Positions 1 through 11,869 are shown, numbered from the stretch's first letter. The stretch: 64,000 nt of DNA from Guillardia theta CCMP2712 (GCF_000315625.1 NW_005434589.1:261330-325329), one strand, 5' to 3'. Notes: generated by a model not told the origin, from the letters alone. A program made the numbers and translations.

Positions 1-57
1 TTCTTTGTGAACAGATGAGATTATTTCATCTTTGGTGAAATTTTGCTCCATGCGCAG

Positions 58-1912
58 GTCTTGTCGTGGCTGCGTAGCACTTTGAATAAAGCTGGAGTTC
101 AAGAGAAGGCAATTGATCTCTATACCAAGAAGTTTCAGCTGCATGGCAAGTTGTTGAATCGATTTACACCCATGCTCATTTGATGGATACAGAGATCCAA
201 GGAAGCCATTTAAAGCTTCTTGATAACCAGCGCCTGAGGTTTATGTCGAGAATGTAAAGGTCTATTCTAAACAAGCAACACAGAGAAGATCTTGGTATCG
301 CCATCCTTGGTCATCGATTAGCAATTTTGGAGGTAGGACCGACTTTTGAGATTCAAATGTCCCTTGGTTAAGACAACTTATACATGTTCTGTGACAGGCG
401 TGCCATCATCTCTTTCCACAAGTATGTCAAAGCGCCTCTGCAACTCAATTTTTCAATGCGACCACCCTCGTGTAACATGGAACCTTCCGTAGGCGAAAAT
501 CATGCAGGCATCGTCAGTTGGCGTCACGAAGAATGATCCTAGTAATTTGAAATCAGCGAGTCGCCTCATGAAACTGATGAGTTCTCGCGTTCTTCTCCTC
601 AGTCATAATGGAGCTCTTTAAACTTCATCAGACAAACCTAAATGCTATCTCAAAGTTGCAAACTGACCTCCAAGCAGCTGAGAGACGATTAGCAGAGATG
701 GTGAGGCGACGAGGATAGCCATTTTTCTCGTGTTCATCTTTGATTTACTTCGTTGTCTTCCAGGCACGGGACTCGAATACCGCTTCAAAATCCTCATCGC
801 AAAGTGTTCTTCCAGCTGGCACAACCAATACTGTGAAGAGTGCCGGAGAGAGAAAGATTATTTCCAGCAAGGCAATCGCGAAGACAGCAGGGCAAACGGA
901 AGCAGCACCCGCTACTCAACAACATGCATCTGCGCCACAAGTTCAGTTGTCAACATTTCCACAAGATGCCAACAGAATGACGCACTTCGTCTCATTGCCG
1001 ATTGTAAATCCAAGCATCTTGCAGAATGTTGCCAGAATCCAACAGTCGCTGATGAAGTCACACCCAATCTTACGAAGTGGAATGATCGACATCACCAAAT
1101 TGCACATCTCTCTTGCTGTGTTCCGATGTGACAACGATGATGCTCTTTCTAGAGTCCGCAAGGCTCTGCAAGCAAGAGCCCAAGATATCATCGAGTGTGT
1201 GAAGAATCGAGAGGGTTCAAACGTCTCTTCTCTTAAGGTTGCAGGTCTTTCAATGTTCGGGAACCAAGTCCTCTGGTTGAAGATTTCAGATCACGAATTC
1301 TTGCAGAGGATTTCATCTATTGTTTTGGAGGCGGTGAAGAGCGCTGGTAATGGAGTGAAGCTTGCCTCTACCAGCGGGGACAATCAATTCCATCTGACCA
1401 TCTGGAAGCTCAGCAAGATGAAAGACCTGAAAGTGGTGCGCAGGACGTTGATGCAAATTTCCAACACCCTGGTCTACAATCAGTGGGCTAATCGGGGCTT
1501 TGGTGAAGAGAAACTCGCAGCGATTCACTTGTGCGCCATGTCAGGAGGAGGGAGGACTGGGCAGGGACGTCTATACAAAGTAGAGAGCTTCATTAAGCTC
1601 GCTGCTTCCTCCTCGTGCCTACCTTCAGTCGTCTCCTGGAATTGCAATTACTCAAGAGACTACCAGAAGGCCTCGGAAGACGAAGCAAGATACCAGCTTT
1701 CGGTAAGCTCTCAGCGTGGTAAACCTAGCTGGACCTCCATGCCTTCAGTCGTCTCCTGGTTTCCTCAGACTAGAAAGGGCAAACGGCCTCCTCCTCCTTC
1801 CAACTCTAGCAATCAGAAGATCGAGCGGAGGTATGGCGCCTGGAGCAGCATGCCGTCTGTGGTCTCGTGGTTCTCTACGGGAGGGAGCAAGAGTCCAGCT
1901 AAGAAACGATGA
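58..1912 (+). CDS. SAM-domain + AKAP7-like 2H phosphoesterase protein (5' end outside window; multi-exon)
   Basis: Spliced small exons give VLSWLRSTL..AIDLYTKKFQLH/EIQGSHLKLLDNQRL/EDLGIAILGHRLAILE (SAM signature). The large exon has THFVSLP..LHISL..FHLTIWK (two HxS/T motifs of the AKAP7/LigT 2H family). Linkage of the two parts is inferred from intervening exons. Confidence 0.75.
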
Positions 1913-2284
1913 GTTTACCCAAGTCTGCTGGAGATTGCAGCAACCGGAGAAGCGGAGGGAATGAGAAGAAGAGGAGACAGCCAAAGGGTCAAGCAAACGG
2001 CTGAGAGGTCAACGAGGACACGTGCTGGAGGTTCAGTTCCTGCACGCTACTGAACGAGTCTCTGTAATATCTGAACCCAAGCCTCTACAGCTGGCGCTTG
2101 CTGTACTGGCTTAACTTTATGTATTCACCACCTATCGCGGAGCTTCGCGTGTTTATCCTTGAAAAATCTACTTACAAGTTGCTTGCGCGGCTGTTCAATG
2201 CGATCATCACAGCATGTGCAATCACATTCGCACCCATCAGCATCGAACAACTGTCCTTCTCCATCCCTTTGCTCGCCTTCCTCC

Positions 2285-2590
2285 TCACGATACAAAGTTG
2301 AACCATCCCGTCACTATCCGCTTCTCCTGGGACGGGGACGGGACCCCACGGTGTGTGAAGGTCCAGTCCGCTGGCCACACGAGCGTGAGCCCCTTCTTGG
2401 GCTGCACGGTGACCTTCTGGTGGTAGAACTCCGTCCCTCCTGCATCGTCCACCTCATTCAGGTACGTCATGAACACCAAATGGCGCGAGCCTTCTGGCTG
2501 CCCCCCGCCGGTCCGCTCTGTATGAAAGGTCTTGTACCCTCCTCCAGGAGGATAATACTGAAAGTTGGAGCGGGAGACTTGGGTGTTTCT
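2285..2590 (-). CDS. 2OG-Fe(II) oxygenase (prolyl-hydroxylase-like), 5' part broken next to assembly gap
   Basis: NFQYYPPGGGYKTFHTER..RHLVFMTYLNEVDDAGGTEF..QPKKG..WPADWTFTHRG..EKRIVTGWF: HxE...H iron triad and basic 2OG-binding residue. Confidence 0.8.
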   Translation of the reverse strand, partial: RNTQVSRSNFQYYPPGGGYKTFHTERTGGGQPEGSRHLVFMTYLNEVDDAGGTEFYHQKVTVQPKKGLTLVWPADWTFTHRGVPSPSQEKRIVTGWFNFVS

Positions 2591-2728
2591 ACCGCTCAGT
2601 TATAGTGGAATGCGGGTTGGTCTGTAGGGACCGCCAGGGAGAGGTAGGTGACGACCACCCCTCCCTCCTCTACCCACTGCTGGAAGACGCGGGCACTCGT
2701 AAGCACGGGCACGCGAAATGCTCTGCTC

Positions 2729-2828
2729 NNNNNNNNNNNNNNNNNNNNNNNNNNNNNNNNNNNNNNNNNNNNNNNNNNNNNNNNNNNNNNNNNNNNNNNN
2801 NNNNNNNNNNNNNNNNNNNNNNNNNNNN
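2729..2828. other. assembly gap (100 N)
   Basis: run of N. Confidence 1.
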
Positions 2829-3135
2829 CCGGGCCCCCAGGCTCCGAACCGTGACGGTGACCGGCACTGCGGCACACCGGCCGACGGTGCCGCTGTGCGG
2901 CTGCCTGGACTCAGCCAGGGACTCAGCCGAGCGTGACTGACTGAGGGGACGGTGCCGCAGTGCGGCCCGCACCGTCACGTGCGACGATCATCCGGATCCG
3001 ATACCCACGGTCCGACCGACGTGCACTGGGCATCACGGCGGCGGGCCTGCTCCTGCCAGGATCATCGGATTCTACCGTTATGGAACAGTACGGTCGGAGG
3101 CCGGCTTCCAGCCTGGCACTGCGGCAGCTTCCAGC
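2829..3135. other. GC-rich CCGG/ACGGT/TGACT-rich non-coding block
   Basis: very high GC, repeated ccgg, cggtgac and gactc words; same texture as 6010-6630 and 57240-57350. Confidence 0.6.
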
Positions 3136-3545
3136 GCCGCTGCCCGATTGCAACCTACAAGGATACGTACGCAAACCGTCACTCCCTGCCTTGCCTGGCC
3201 CCGCTTGGCACTGACATATTCCAACACAAGGCTCGGAACAGAGCACCTTCTGACGGTAGGAACTGCGCAGTGGGTCACCGTCAGGATTTCAACAGCATCT
3301 TCGCTTTGTGTTGCGGCTCACGGTGACCTCATAGGTGATCTGCAGGTACCCGTGACCCTCCAAACGGCAGTGAGGCCGCGAGCTCAGGGAATGAACGGTA
3401 CTAAGTGTCACGGCCCCTCAAGTGTCTTTTTCCAGTTTATTACAACCTTTGAAATCAAACATGTGAAACATTGTTTGCAAACAAATCATAGATAAATATT
3501 CATGCAATTCACACAAAGCCGATGCCACGGTCAATAAAAATAGTC

Positions 3546-5336
3546 TTAACCGTGATAACCACTGAAGAATCCGTTGCCTGCCACGGGCGATGGAGCAGCG
3601 GCGATGGCCCAGTAGAGCAGACCAGTCACAATGCCGGCACATGGGCAAGTGAGAAGCCATCCACCGAAGATGACACCGACGAGCTTCCAGTTGACAGCTC
3701 CGACGTCTCCGTTGCAAAGTCCGACAGCAGTGGTGGCACCGGAGATGCAGTGAGTGGTGGAGACAGGAACTCCGAGACGAGAGAAGGTCATCACAGTGAA
3801 CATAGCTCCCAGCTCGATACAGAAGCCGCGGGAAGGAGACTGAAGGGTCAGGCGGTTGCCAAGAGCGTCCATGATGTAGTAGCCCATAGTCAACAAACCG
3901 ACGTCGAGCGCGAGACCTCCGTAGACCAGAAGCCACATGGGGACATCCGCCTTGCTTGATACCGTGCCGGTGCTGTAGACCATCCAGACAGTAGCGAAGG
4001 GAGCGACAGCGTTAGCCATGTCGTTGGCGCCGTGGGAGATGGAGAAGAAGCAGCAGGTGGTGAGCTGAAGCATCTTGAACATCTCCTCGGTCTTGGAGTA
4101 AGCCTGGAAGGCCTTGGCGTGCATGGCAGCATCCTCCTCCTTGAGGCCTCCGATGTCCATGAAGAATCCAGGGAAGATGCACTTCAAGATGTTGAAGGGT
4201 TCCTTCTCGCCTTCCTCTTCTAAGCTGTCCCCAGCCTTGCCGAATGCGCTGCCGGAGATGGCGCCTTCAGGATATGCGGAGTTGTAACCCTCCTGGTACA
4301 CGACCGAAGTCTGAGGGACATTGACAGGATCGTTCATTTCGATGTCCTTGTTGGCTTGTGTGGGGGCCTCTTCGACGTATCCCATTGAACCAACAGGGAT
4401 TGTGTGAATGTAGAACATGGTGTACCATGGCAGGTTCTCGTTGTCCACAATAGCACGACGAGTCCATGGCACGCAAAAAATGTAACCGACGATGCCAAAG
4501 AAGATAGCAATTCCAAACGTGACGGGCACAGTAACTTTGTAAGGTGTCTTCTTCAATGCAGGGATTCCCTTCATGACCATGAAGCCGGCCACGACGCCAA
4601 AGGCGAAGAAGAAGTAGACGGGAAGGAGCGCAATGCCGCGCCTGACGGCGACATCGTCGGGATGCTTGAGCACGAGGAACTTGGTGCTGAGGTAGAAGAT
4701 CGCAGCCAACACTCCAGAGAGGATGGGTGAAATGAACCAGGATGCAACAACTCCACCAAACCCTCCGTCATAGCCCCAGTTCACTCCAGAAGCACCCCAG
4801 GTTGCAATACCGATACCAAGGATGGCGCCAACAACCGAGTGAGTAGTCGAGACAGGCATAGACAGCGTGGTGGCGATGAACACCCATCCACCAGAGCCAA
4901 GGTTGACGCAGCTCATGCCCAGAGCAAGGACGTAAGGATCATGCTTGAACCAGTCCACCTTGACCATCTTCTTGCGCACAGCATCGGTCACAGTGCTGCC
5001 CAGAGCAATCACACCAACAAGCTCGCAAACGCACGCGATCGAGACAGCTGTCCTGAAGGAGATGGTCCTAGCTCCAACAGCGTTAGCGAAGGCGTTGGCA
5101 ACGTCGTTGGCTCCGATGGTGAAGGCGTCAAGGAAAGCCCAGAAGAAGGCCCAGGTGATGAGACCCTTGTACAGGTAGGGGATGCCGATCTCGGGACTGT
5201 CGACCATGGTGGCAGCACATGCTGATACGGAGAGAAACAGCACCACGTAAGGCAGGAAACCACGTGCGGTGGTGAGGGACCTAGAAAGCAGGATCAGGAT
5301 CGAAGGTCTTGGGGGAGAACAATACCTCTTGGACAT
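3546..5336 (-). CDS. PiT/PHO4-family (SLC20/PHO89-like) phosphate transporter
   Basis: Both family signatures, GANDVANA and HGANDMANA, plus PVSTTH twice and many TM helices. Probable in-frame 45-nt intron at 5281-5325 after MSKR; hydrophobic N-terminal leader. Confidence 0.95.
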   Translation of the reverse strand: MSKRYCSPPRPSILILLSRSLTTARGFLPYVVLFLSVSACAATMVDSPEIGIPYLYKGLITWAFFWAFLDAFTIGANDVANAFANAVGARTISFRTAVSIACVCELVGVIALGSTVTDAVRKKMVKVDWFKHDPYVLALGMSCVNLGSGGWVFIATTLSMPVSTTHSVVGAILGIGIATWGASGVNWGYDGGFGGVVASWFISPILSGVLAAIFYLSTKFLVLKHPDDVAVRRGIALLPVYFFFAFGVVAGFMVMKGIPALKKTPYKVTVPVTFGIAIFFGIVGYIFCVPWTRRAIVDNENLPWYTMFYIHTIPVGSMGYVEEAPTQANKDIEMNDPVNVPQTSVVYQEGYNSAYPEGAISGSAFGKAGDSLEEEGEKEPFNILKCIFPGFFMDIGGLKEEDAAMHAKAFQAYSKTEEMFKMLQLTTCCFFSISHGANDMANAVAPFATVWMVYSTGTVSSKADVPMWLLVYGGLALDVGLLTMGYYIMDALGNRLTLQSPSRGFCIELGAMFTVMTFSRLGVPVSTTHCISGATTAVGLCNGDVGAVNWKLVGVIFGGWLLTCPCAGIVTGLLYWAIAAAPSPVAGNGFFSGYHG

Positions 5337-5509
5337 GGTCATTGCGACGAATGGAAGGCTCGAGTCTGTCAGCTGCAAGAGCAGGAAGGGGATCAACGAA
5401 CGCGGAAGCTCACTGAGATGAGTAGAGCACGGAGGAAGAGTCACGCGTGGGCAGGGGAGGCGAAGTGGACCAGAGGAGGTTTCACGTAACCTTCACATCA
5501 GAGAAGCAA

Positions 5510-5995
5510 GGAGGCACCCCCTACCCCCTCCATACCATCACCCCCACCCTATATTTCCTGCCACCTGCATCTCGAGTACCCACTTTGTATACTGCAATGT
5601 TATGGAAAAGGACAGGGTACAATGGACACACTGCGGTCGGGAGTAGCGAAACGTCAGGTCAGGGGGTAGTTCTACGTCTGCATTAGGGATCGACGAGAAG
5701 GCATCTTTTCGAAATCTACGCCTCTTGGTAGGGGTGTAGACTACCCCTGACTGAGGAGTCCTACATTGGGATATGGGGGTCTTCCGAGGGCTTTTGAGGG
5801 TAGGGTGGTCCTCTGTGGAGCCGTAGATGAATGACTAGAAAAAAAGATTGCAACCAGAGTTCACTGATGCTGCCCGACAGGATGGGGTGGGGTAGTACCG
5901 TACCAGCAGATGAGGGGTCATTGTAAGGGCGGCAGTACCGGCGGTCTACTAGGCTAGTATGCCATGATGCCCGGTACGGTACCGTACTGACTGTT
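5510..5995. promoter_or_regulatory. GGGTA(G/C)/CTACCC motif field upstream of PiT gene
   Basis: dense ctaccc, ggggtag and gtacc words in non-coding DNA; recurs in other intergenic heads. Regulatory role is inferred. Confidence 0.4.
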
Positions 5996-6009
5996 TTTTG
6001 TTTTTAGCG

Positions 6010-6630
6010 GGACCTCCGGGCCCTCACCGGGCGAAGAGTGACTGTTTTTTTTTAGCGCTGCGGCTCCCTGGGTAGTACTACCGTACTGTATACTGATCGA
6101 CGAGGTGTAGGCTCCCGGGCCCGCCGGTCCGAGTCACATGGCACCGGCACCGACGCCGGGTGCGTGGCCGCGGGCGGCCGCGCCGGCAGTCGCCGCCGAC
6201 GCCGGGTCCCGGAGAGGCCGGCCGGGCGCGAAACCGTTTGGAGCCTGGCCGGCCGCTGCCGCGGCGGATCGGACTCACTGTGGCAGGGCCGGGCGGCGGC
6301 CCGATGTCGGACGGTCGGACGGTCCGCTAACCAGTACGGTGTGTCCCGAGTCCACAAATTCGAACCGTCCGGGGAGCGGCAGTGATTTCCAACTGTGGCC
6401 GCCGGCCCCGCTGGACGCCGGTGCGGCGAGTAGCCTAGTATCGGACGGCGCCGCCGGGCCCGGCCCCCGGCCCGGGCCGGCGCAATGGTCACTCACAGGC
6501 CGGGCTGACGGGGCCGCTCAGCGGCCAGGCCCAACCGTTGCGGCGGCGGCGGAATGTAACCGTCCGTCTGAACACGTTTCACGTGCAGGACGGGACTGGT
6601 TGAAGGGCGACGTACCCCGCGGGGGGTAAA
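6010..6630. other. GC-rich CpG-island-like block
   Basis: very high GC with many ccgg/gccggc/cccggg palindromes; its ORFs are low-complexity Pro/Arg/Ala. Confidence 0.6.
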
Positions 6631-7289
6631 GCGAGCAGATGGTGAGGAGAAGGCCTCGCTCGAGTTGCTTCAAGACTTCCTTGTACACACATGGTCTGCC
6701 TTGTCGTTCGCTCTGTCAGCTGTTGACGTGCTAGTTATATGTGGATCTGCCAATGTTGCATGCAACCAGCCCTCCTCTGCTCTACTCCACGACCTATCGC
6801 CTTGCGTTGTTGTTTGATCCCCCGCAACCATCCTCGACCAGTGCGAATTACCCATTCTTTGCCGCATCAACAAGAAGCTGAAGAATCATGCAAGTGAGGA
6901 CTCAAGGACTTGTGATGCAACGAATCAAAGAAAGGGTCCAGACAACGCTGGGATATCTTCCTCCCGATCCTTAAGGCTGCTCTCATGGTCGTCCCTCCGG
7001 GGAAGGACCAGCTGCGCCTTTGGCATGCACATTGAGAGCATACGAGTCATAGTCGGGAAACATTCTGTGTTTGCTCTCCTTAAGTTGTACTATCCTTGTC
7101 TCCGAACCTCGCTTCCTCCTAGTGTTCTCATTTCATGACTTGATTTTTCAGGGCGCTGGGGGTCGGGGCTGGATCTTCGGCCCGTCTTCTCTATCTCTTG
7201 AGATGGTTGTAGAGTAGTATTTTCTGTCTTTTCTGTTCTTTAGCATCTTCATTACTTGTAAAAATACAAAACTTCATGTTCAAAACTTG

Positions 7290-8789
7290 TTACAATGAGG
7301 CAAGGCCAACCCTTCAAGAAAACCAGCTCGCAAGAAAAGACATCACGCTGTGAGGTTTCGCCTTCTGTACAATCATACATGAGATGATGATGAAAACCAT
7401 GGTGGTCGAACTTACCTTGTGCTCTGCTGCGAGGTGTGTCTGTAGGCAGGATCGTATTAGAAACTCACGGACGTTGTTACAAGTTGATCACCTTGGTTGA
7501 GTTGGAGGTTGCCAAGGCATTCTTGTGAGGAAGAGGGCCATCTTTACCTGAGAAGAAGTCATGCATGCTTGCTCAACAAACGCTCTCACTGTAGATAGCG
7601 TCCAAGTCGTTCAGAAGTTTCTTGTTATCCTGCGACGCGGACATGTTCTTACTAGCTATCAGAATCTGTTTTGTTTGTCGTTCAGCACGATTTTCTCCCA
7701 TCTGCCGAGGCTATACACACCTTCCTTGCCCTCTCCTGCTTGGCCTTGACCCTTGCAAACATCTCCTTCCTTAGTTGGTTGTAGTAACTGTCACCAAATG
7801 AGCTCAAAAAAACATCTCAAGCATCAATCCCTTCCCTTTCACTGACCTCTTCGCTTCTGCTTTGGCCTTCTCTCGCGCAGCTTCATCCGCCGCCCAACCA
7901 GCTCTCCTGGCCTCCTACCATCGTACATGAGGAACAAGACCCACCTGGAGCCCAAGAAATTCTCACCTCCATAACCTTCAGAGTATTCTTCGAGAGTTTC
8001 CTGGGAGAAAGATCAACTTTGAATCAACAAGGTCCATGTCAATGAACCGAGGGACCCGCGAAGACTTGACTTTGCTTCCCTTTGCTGCTTTCTGACTTTT
8101 TTTATCAACATTGATCATCTATCACGAAGACAATGAATTACTGCACACAAGACAATAGCCCGGAAGGTGTCACCTGTTCCTTTTCAGTCGCTTCTGCTGC
8201 TTTGATGACCTCTCTTACTTGATCGCGAACGGTTGCATCCTGCATTGAAGAAAGGTCAAATGCTTACACTACAACTCCTCTGAATTCAACATCAACCTGC
8301 CGTGCCACATGAGTGATATACTTCTTCACTGTGTTCAGTCGGTTCGCTTGCTTTGGAACCACTTTCTTGTGGTGTGCAGCATGAAGCAAAGCTTTCTTCG
8401 CCTCCTGGTGCGGCAGAAAACGATCAGAGAGAATCTAGCAAGAACCGAAAAGCATCAGCTGCATACCTCTTGCCACATCTTCCAGTTCCAGGTCGCAGGA
8501 TTCTGAACACCAGATTCAGGAGAGATACAAAGCTGCATCAAAGGACCATCTTCTTGCTCGCAGCTTTGTGTACCATGACCTTCTTCGGGCTTACTGCTCA
8601 TGGAGAGTGAGATGTCTTGCAAAAGTCAAAAGAATATCACCTTGCATGGCAGCCTTCTGCACCATCATGTCGATCTCAGAACTTGGATGTTGCTGTTGCA
8701 AAGCAACAAAGATAGCCCCGATTGCCAAGAAGGCAGCCATCGACACAACCGCCCGCAATTTCTCCATCCTCTCGTCTTTCTTATTCATT
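7290..8789 (-). CDS. hypothetical multi-exon protein with N-terminal TM anchor and Ala/Glu/Lys helical region
   Basis: MNKKDERMEKLRAVVSMAAFLAIGAIFVAL; downstream short exons with GT-AG ends encode DATVRDQVREVIKAAEATEKEQ and EARRAGWAADEAAREKAKAEAK; 3' end uncertain. Confidence 0.5.
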
Positions 8790-9376
8790 TCCTCTACCAC
8801 ATAATCTGACACAATAATCGTAAGATGCAAGTTGGATTCACCCACTTAAAAATTTCAGTCGCATTGAATCGGGTCAGTTCAAATGTTTCGGAATGATATT
8901 CTTTGCCAAATCGTGCTTCAAAAAGTTCCATTATTGTCCTAGTCTAGTCATGCTACTTCTACTATTCTGCAGTGCATATTTGAAAGACAGAGTGGCAACC
9001 AACACCTTCATGCCTCCTCACAACGAGTTTTGAGAACATTTCTCCATGGAACATCCTCCCTTTTTGTTCTGTCTGTCCGGCATTCCTTCTATCACTTCAT
9101 CTAAAATTTCCTTCCACTGGGTAGTCCTTTGGAACATTCATCTAAAACAATCTCCCAATCATCCCGAAGAAACGCAATCGTGACTACTCCTGTTTTCACG
9201 ATCACTTCTAGCCTAAAGTAACAACAATCTCTACTCAACATGTCATACTTGGTCATCTTCTTCGTCTCCACCTCAGTCTTTTATCTCATGCATGAGCATT
9301 GCACAAGCATAAGGCAAGTCAAACATTTAGCAGTCTCCTCTCTAAAGTTTTCCTCTGTCTTTCCCAATTATTTCTT

Positions 9377-9493
9377 CTTTTCTGGCTCTACACTGAAGCC
9401 TTCGCCCGCCCCCAGATTCCTTCTTCTCCCCATTCTTTTCTGGCTCTACACTGAAGCCTTCGCCCGCCCTCAGATTCCTTCTTCTCTCCATTC
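9377..9493. repeat. 58-nt direct tandem duplication
   Basis: tctggctctacactgaagccttcgcccgccc(c/t)cagattccttcttctc at 9381 and 9439. Confidence 0.9.
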
Positions 9494-10185
9494 TCTCTCT
9501 CCATGTCTTGCTGTCTGTTGTCTTGCTGTCTCTTGCTTGCTTGCTTGCTTGCTGTTGTCTGGTAGTTCGCGCCCGCATGGTATGTCATTCGCTTCTTGCA
9601 AATTAGAGGTGGGAGGGTGGGGTGATTCGAATGAGGGGTGTAGTTGATCTCTATTTGAAATATACCCATGAAGAATCAGTTGATAGTAGGGGTACTACTG
9701 CAGTCTTTGGAGATGGAATGTGGGTGGGTTGTACGATCGTAGGGTCCGAAGAGTAGAGGTACTATTTCCGTCAAGCGAAAGTTTGTGTTGTGAAACTAAA
9801 TACTTCTGATTTAAGTTTGACATTGCAAAGTACCAAAGTTCGGTTTGCCCTTCTTTTTCAGTCAATAAAACAAAAGTTCCCTGGCAATGGTGTCGGGGAG
9901 GAGATTGGGCAAAGGGAGAGAGGGGAGGGGAGGGGAGGGGAGGGGAAGAGAGGAGAGGAGAGGGGAAGGGAGGGGAGGGGAGGGGAGGGGAGGGGTTGGG
10001 ATGGGATCAGAGGGGAAGGCGCAGGATGATTTGCAATGGGAGGAGAGGGAAGGGAGAGTTTTTCAAGCAGGTAGTACCCAGACTGATCCCAACGCAGCAC
10101 GAAGATACTGCGTCTTATCAGTTTGCGAGCTTTCGCTTGTTTGCTTTGTCTCTTCGGTCCACAGACCTCTCAGTCAACAGCGACC

Positions 10186-11869
10186 ATGCAAGGAGGATCA
10201 GCTCCTGCTGTACGCGTGCTTGTGACCGGTGCGAGCGGGTGAGAAATGTTGCCATGGGCGAGGAGCAGGAGGGAGTCTCTTGCTGACGAGGTGTGAAGTT
10301 ATCTAGGACAGTTCTTGTTGGACGCCATTCAAGCTCACAATGGTGTGGCTTCGTAACTTGCCCTGCTCGACCTCTGACCCCTGTGAAGCTGGCAACCAGG
10401 ATCCGAGCATCGTCTGTGCGGGGACCTTCGGCTCTCGAGCAGGAGGCATCCCCGCCAACATGACGGGAATCCAAATGGACATGACGGTGAGGAGGGGAGG
10501 GGAGGGGCGGGGAGGAGGAAGAAATCGCCGGATTGAGGGGAGATGGGACAAGGGGGAGAGAGGCGGAGAGCAAGGAGCATGAGGGAGGAATGACTGACTG
10601 ACTGACTGTCTTGGCTTCAGAGCGCTTCATCTATCCACAAAGGGGTGGAAGATTTTCGCCCGGATGTTGTCGTCAACCTTGCCGCCATGTCCGCTCCTGC
10701 TGCTTGCGAGAAGCAGCAGGAGGAGGCAGAGGCTATCAACGTCCCCACCGCCCTCCTGGATGCGCTGCTGCAGGTGTTGGAGGACGGCGGCGCTTCCAGG
10801 AGGTGATGTTGAGCAGGTGAAGAGCGACGCGCTGTTCGTTCAAGTGTCAACCGACCAGATCTTCGATGGGCAACATCCGGTCTACGACGAGGAGAGCGTG
10901 AGATTCGTTCCTCTCAGCTTCTCCCTTCCTCCTCTCCTCGCATCCTACTCCCCTCCTTCCTCCACCTCTCACCCTGTCCTCTCTTCGCAAGCTCAACTCA
11001 TGGCAGGACGCGCTCCCTGTTAACCAGTACGGGAAGACGAAGCTGCGCTTCGAGGTCTCCTACTTTCTTGCTCAAGTTTGCTCCTCATGTCTTATCTTGG
11101 CCAGCAAGTCTTGCGCGATCGATGGCCCAACCACGTCATCCTCCGATCGTCTCTCATCTATGGGCCCAACCCCCCCCGGGAGTGCGTGAGGACCGGGTCC
11201 TTCCTGCAGGTTCAACCTCCCCCCTTCCCCCAAATCTTCTTGTTACCTTGACCATTCCTTCAGTTCCTCGACGAGTCACTTGCCAAGGCCACAGCAGAGC
11301 AGCCGGTTTCGCTCTTCGGAGACGAGGTCCATAGCCTCCTCCTCCTCCTCCTCCTCCTCCTCCTCATGCGTCATCAGGTTCGATGTCCTATCTACGTCAA
11401 TGACGTCGTCGCCATCCTCCTAGTATTCATTCTTCACGCAAAGGAGGTCTTTTTCTTCTCCTCTCCTGCTCTGCTCTCCCCCGGCTCATTCGAGCATCAG
11501 TGTATGTCAGCACCCCTCACAAGGACGTTGAGCATGGGAGGACCGGAGAGGCTCTCACGCGTCGCCATGGGAGAGATTGTCAGCAGGTCTCTGTCTCTCC
11601 CTCCTTCTCCTCCTACTGACGTCCTTGCAGCATTCGCGGCTACTCTTCGGACAGGATCAAGTCTGTCCGACGCGCAGAGTTGCAGCTGGGCTTCACGAGC
11701 CCCCTGGACATCTCGATGAGGAGGTAACAAGAGGAGGAGGCGAAGGCGCCAGGCTGACGAGAGCAGTGACAAGTTGACGTCACTGCCATGGGTGAAAGAG
11801 ATTCTTCCCCAAGGCACCACCTTCTTCCGCGAGGCAGCCAAGAAGGAACTTTTAGAGAGCCGCACGTGA
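10186..11869 (+). CDS. RmlD (dTDP-4-dehydrorhamnose reductase)/MAT2B-like extended SDR, multi-exon
   Basis: Spliced: VRVLVTGASG/YLGQ, DVVVNLAAMS..CE, QVSTDQIFDG, PVNQYGKTK (YxxxK), ILRSSLIYG, DE/VRCPIYVNDV, GGPERLSR. Confidence 0.9.

Noticed and set aside
3522-5225. Plus-strand ORFs overlapping the PiT gene
   Set aside because: Antisense shadows caused by codon bias; no motifs
6052-6629. Pro/Arg/Ala-rich ORFs on both strands
   Set aside because: Result of stop-poor GC-rich sequence
6639-7260. Possible small multi-exon plus-strand gene (..CELPILCRINKKLK..QRWDIFLPILKAAL..)
   Set aside because: Could not build a consistent splice model or recognise a family
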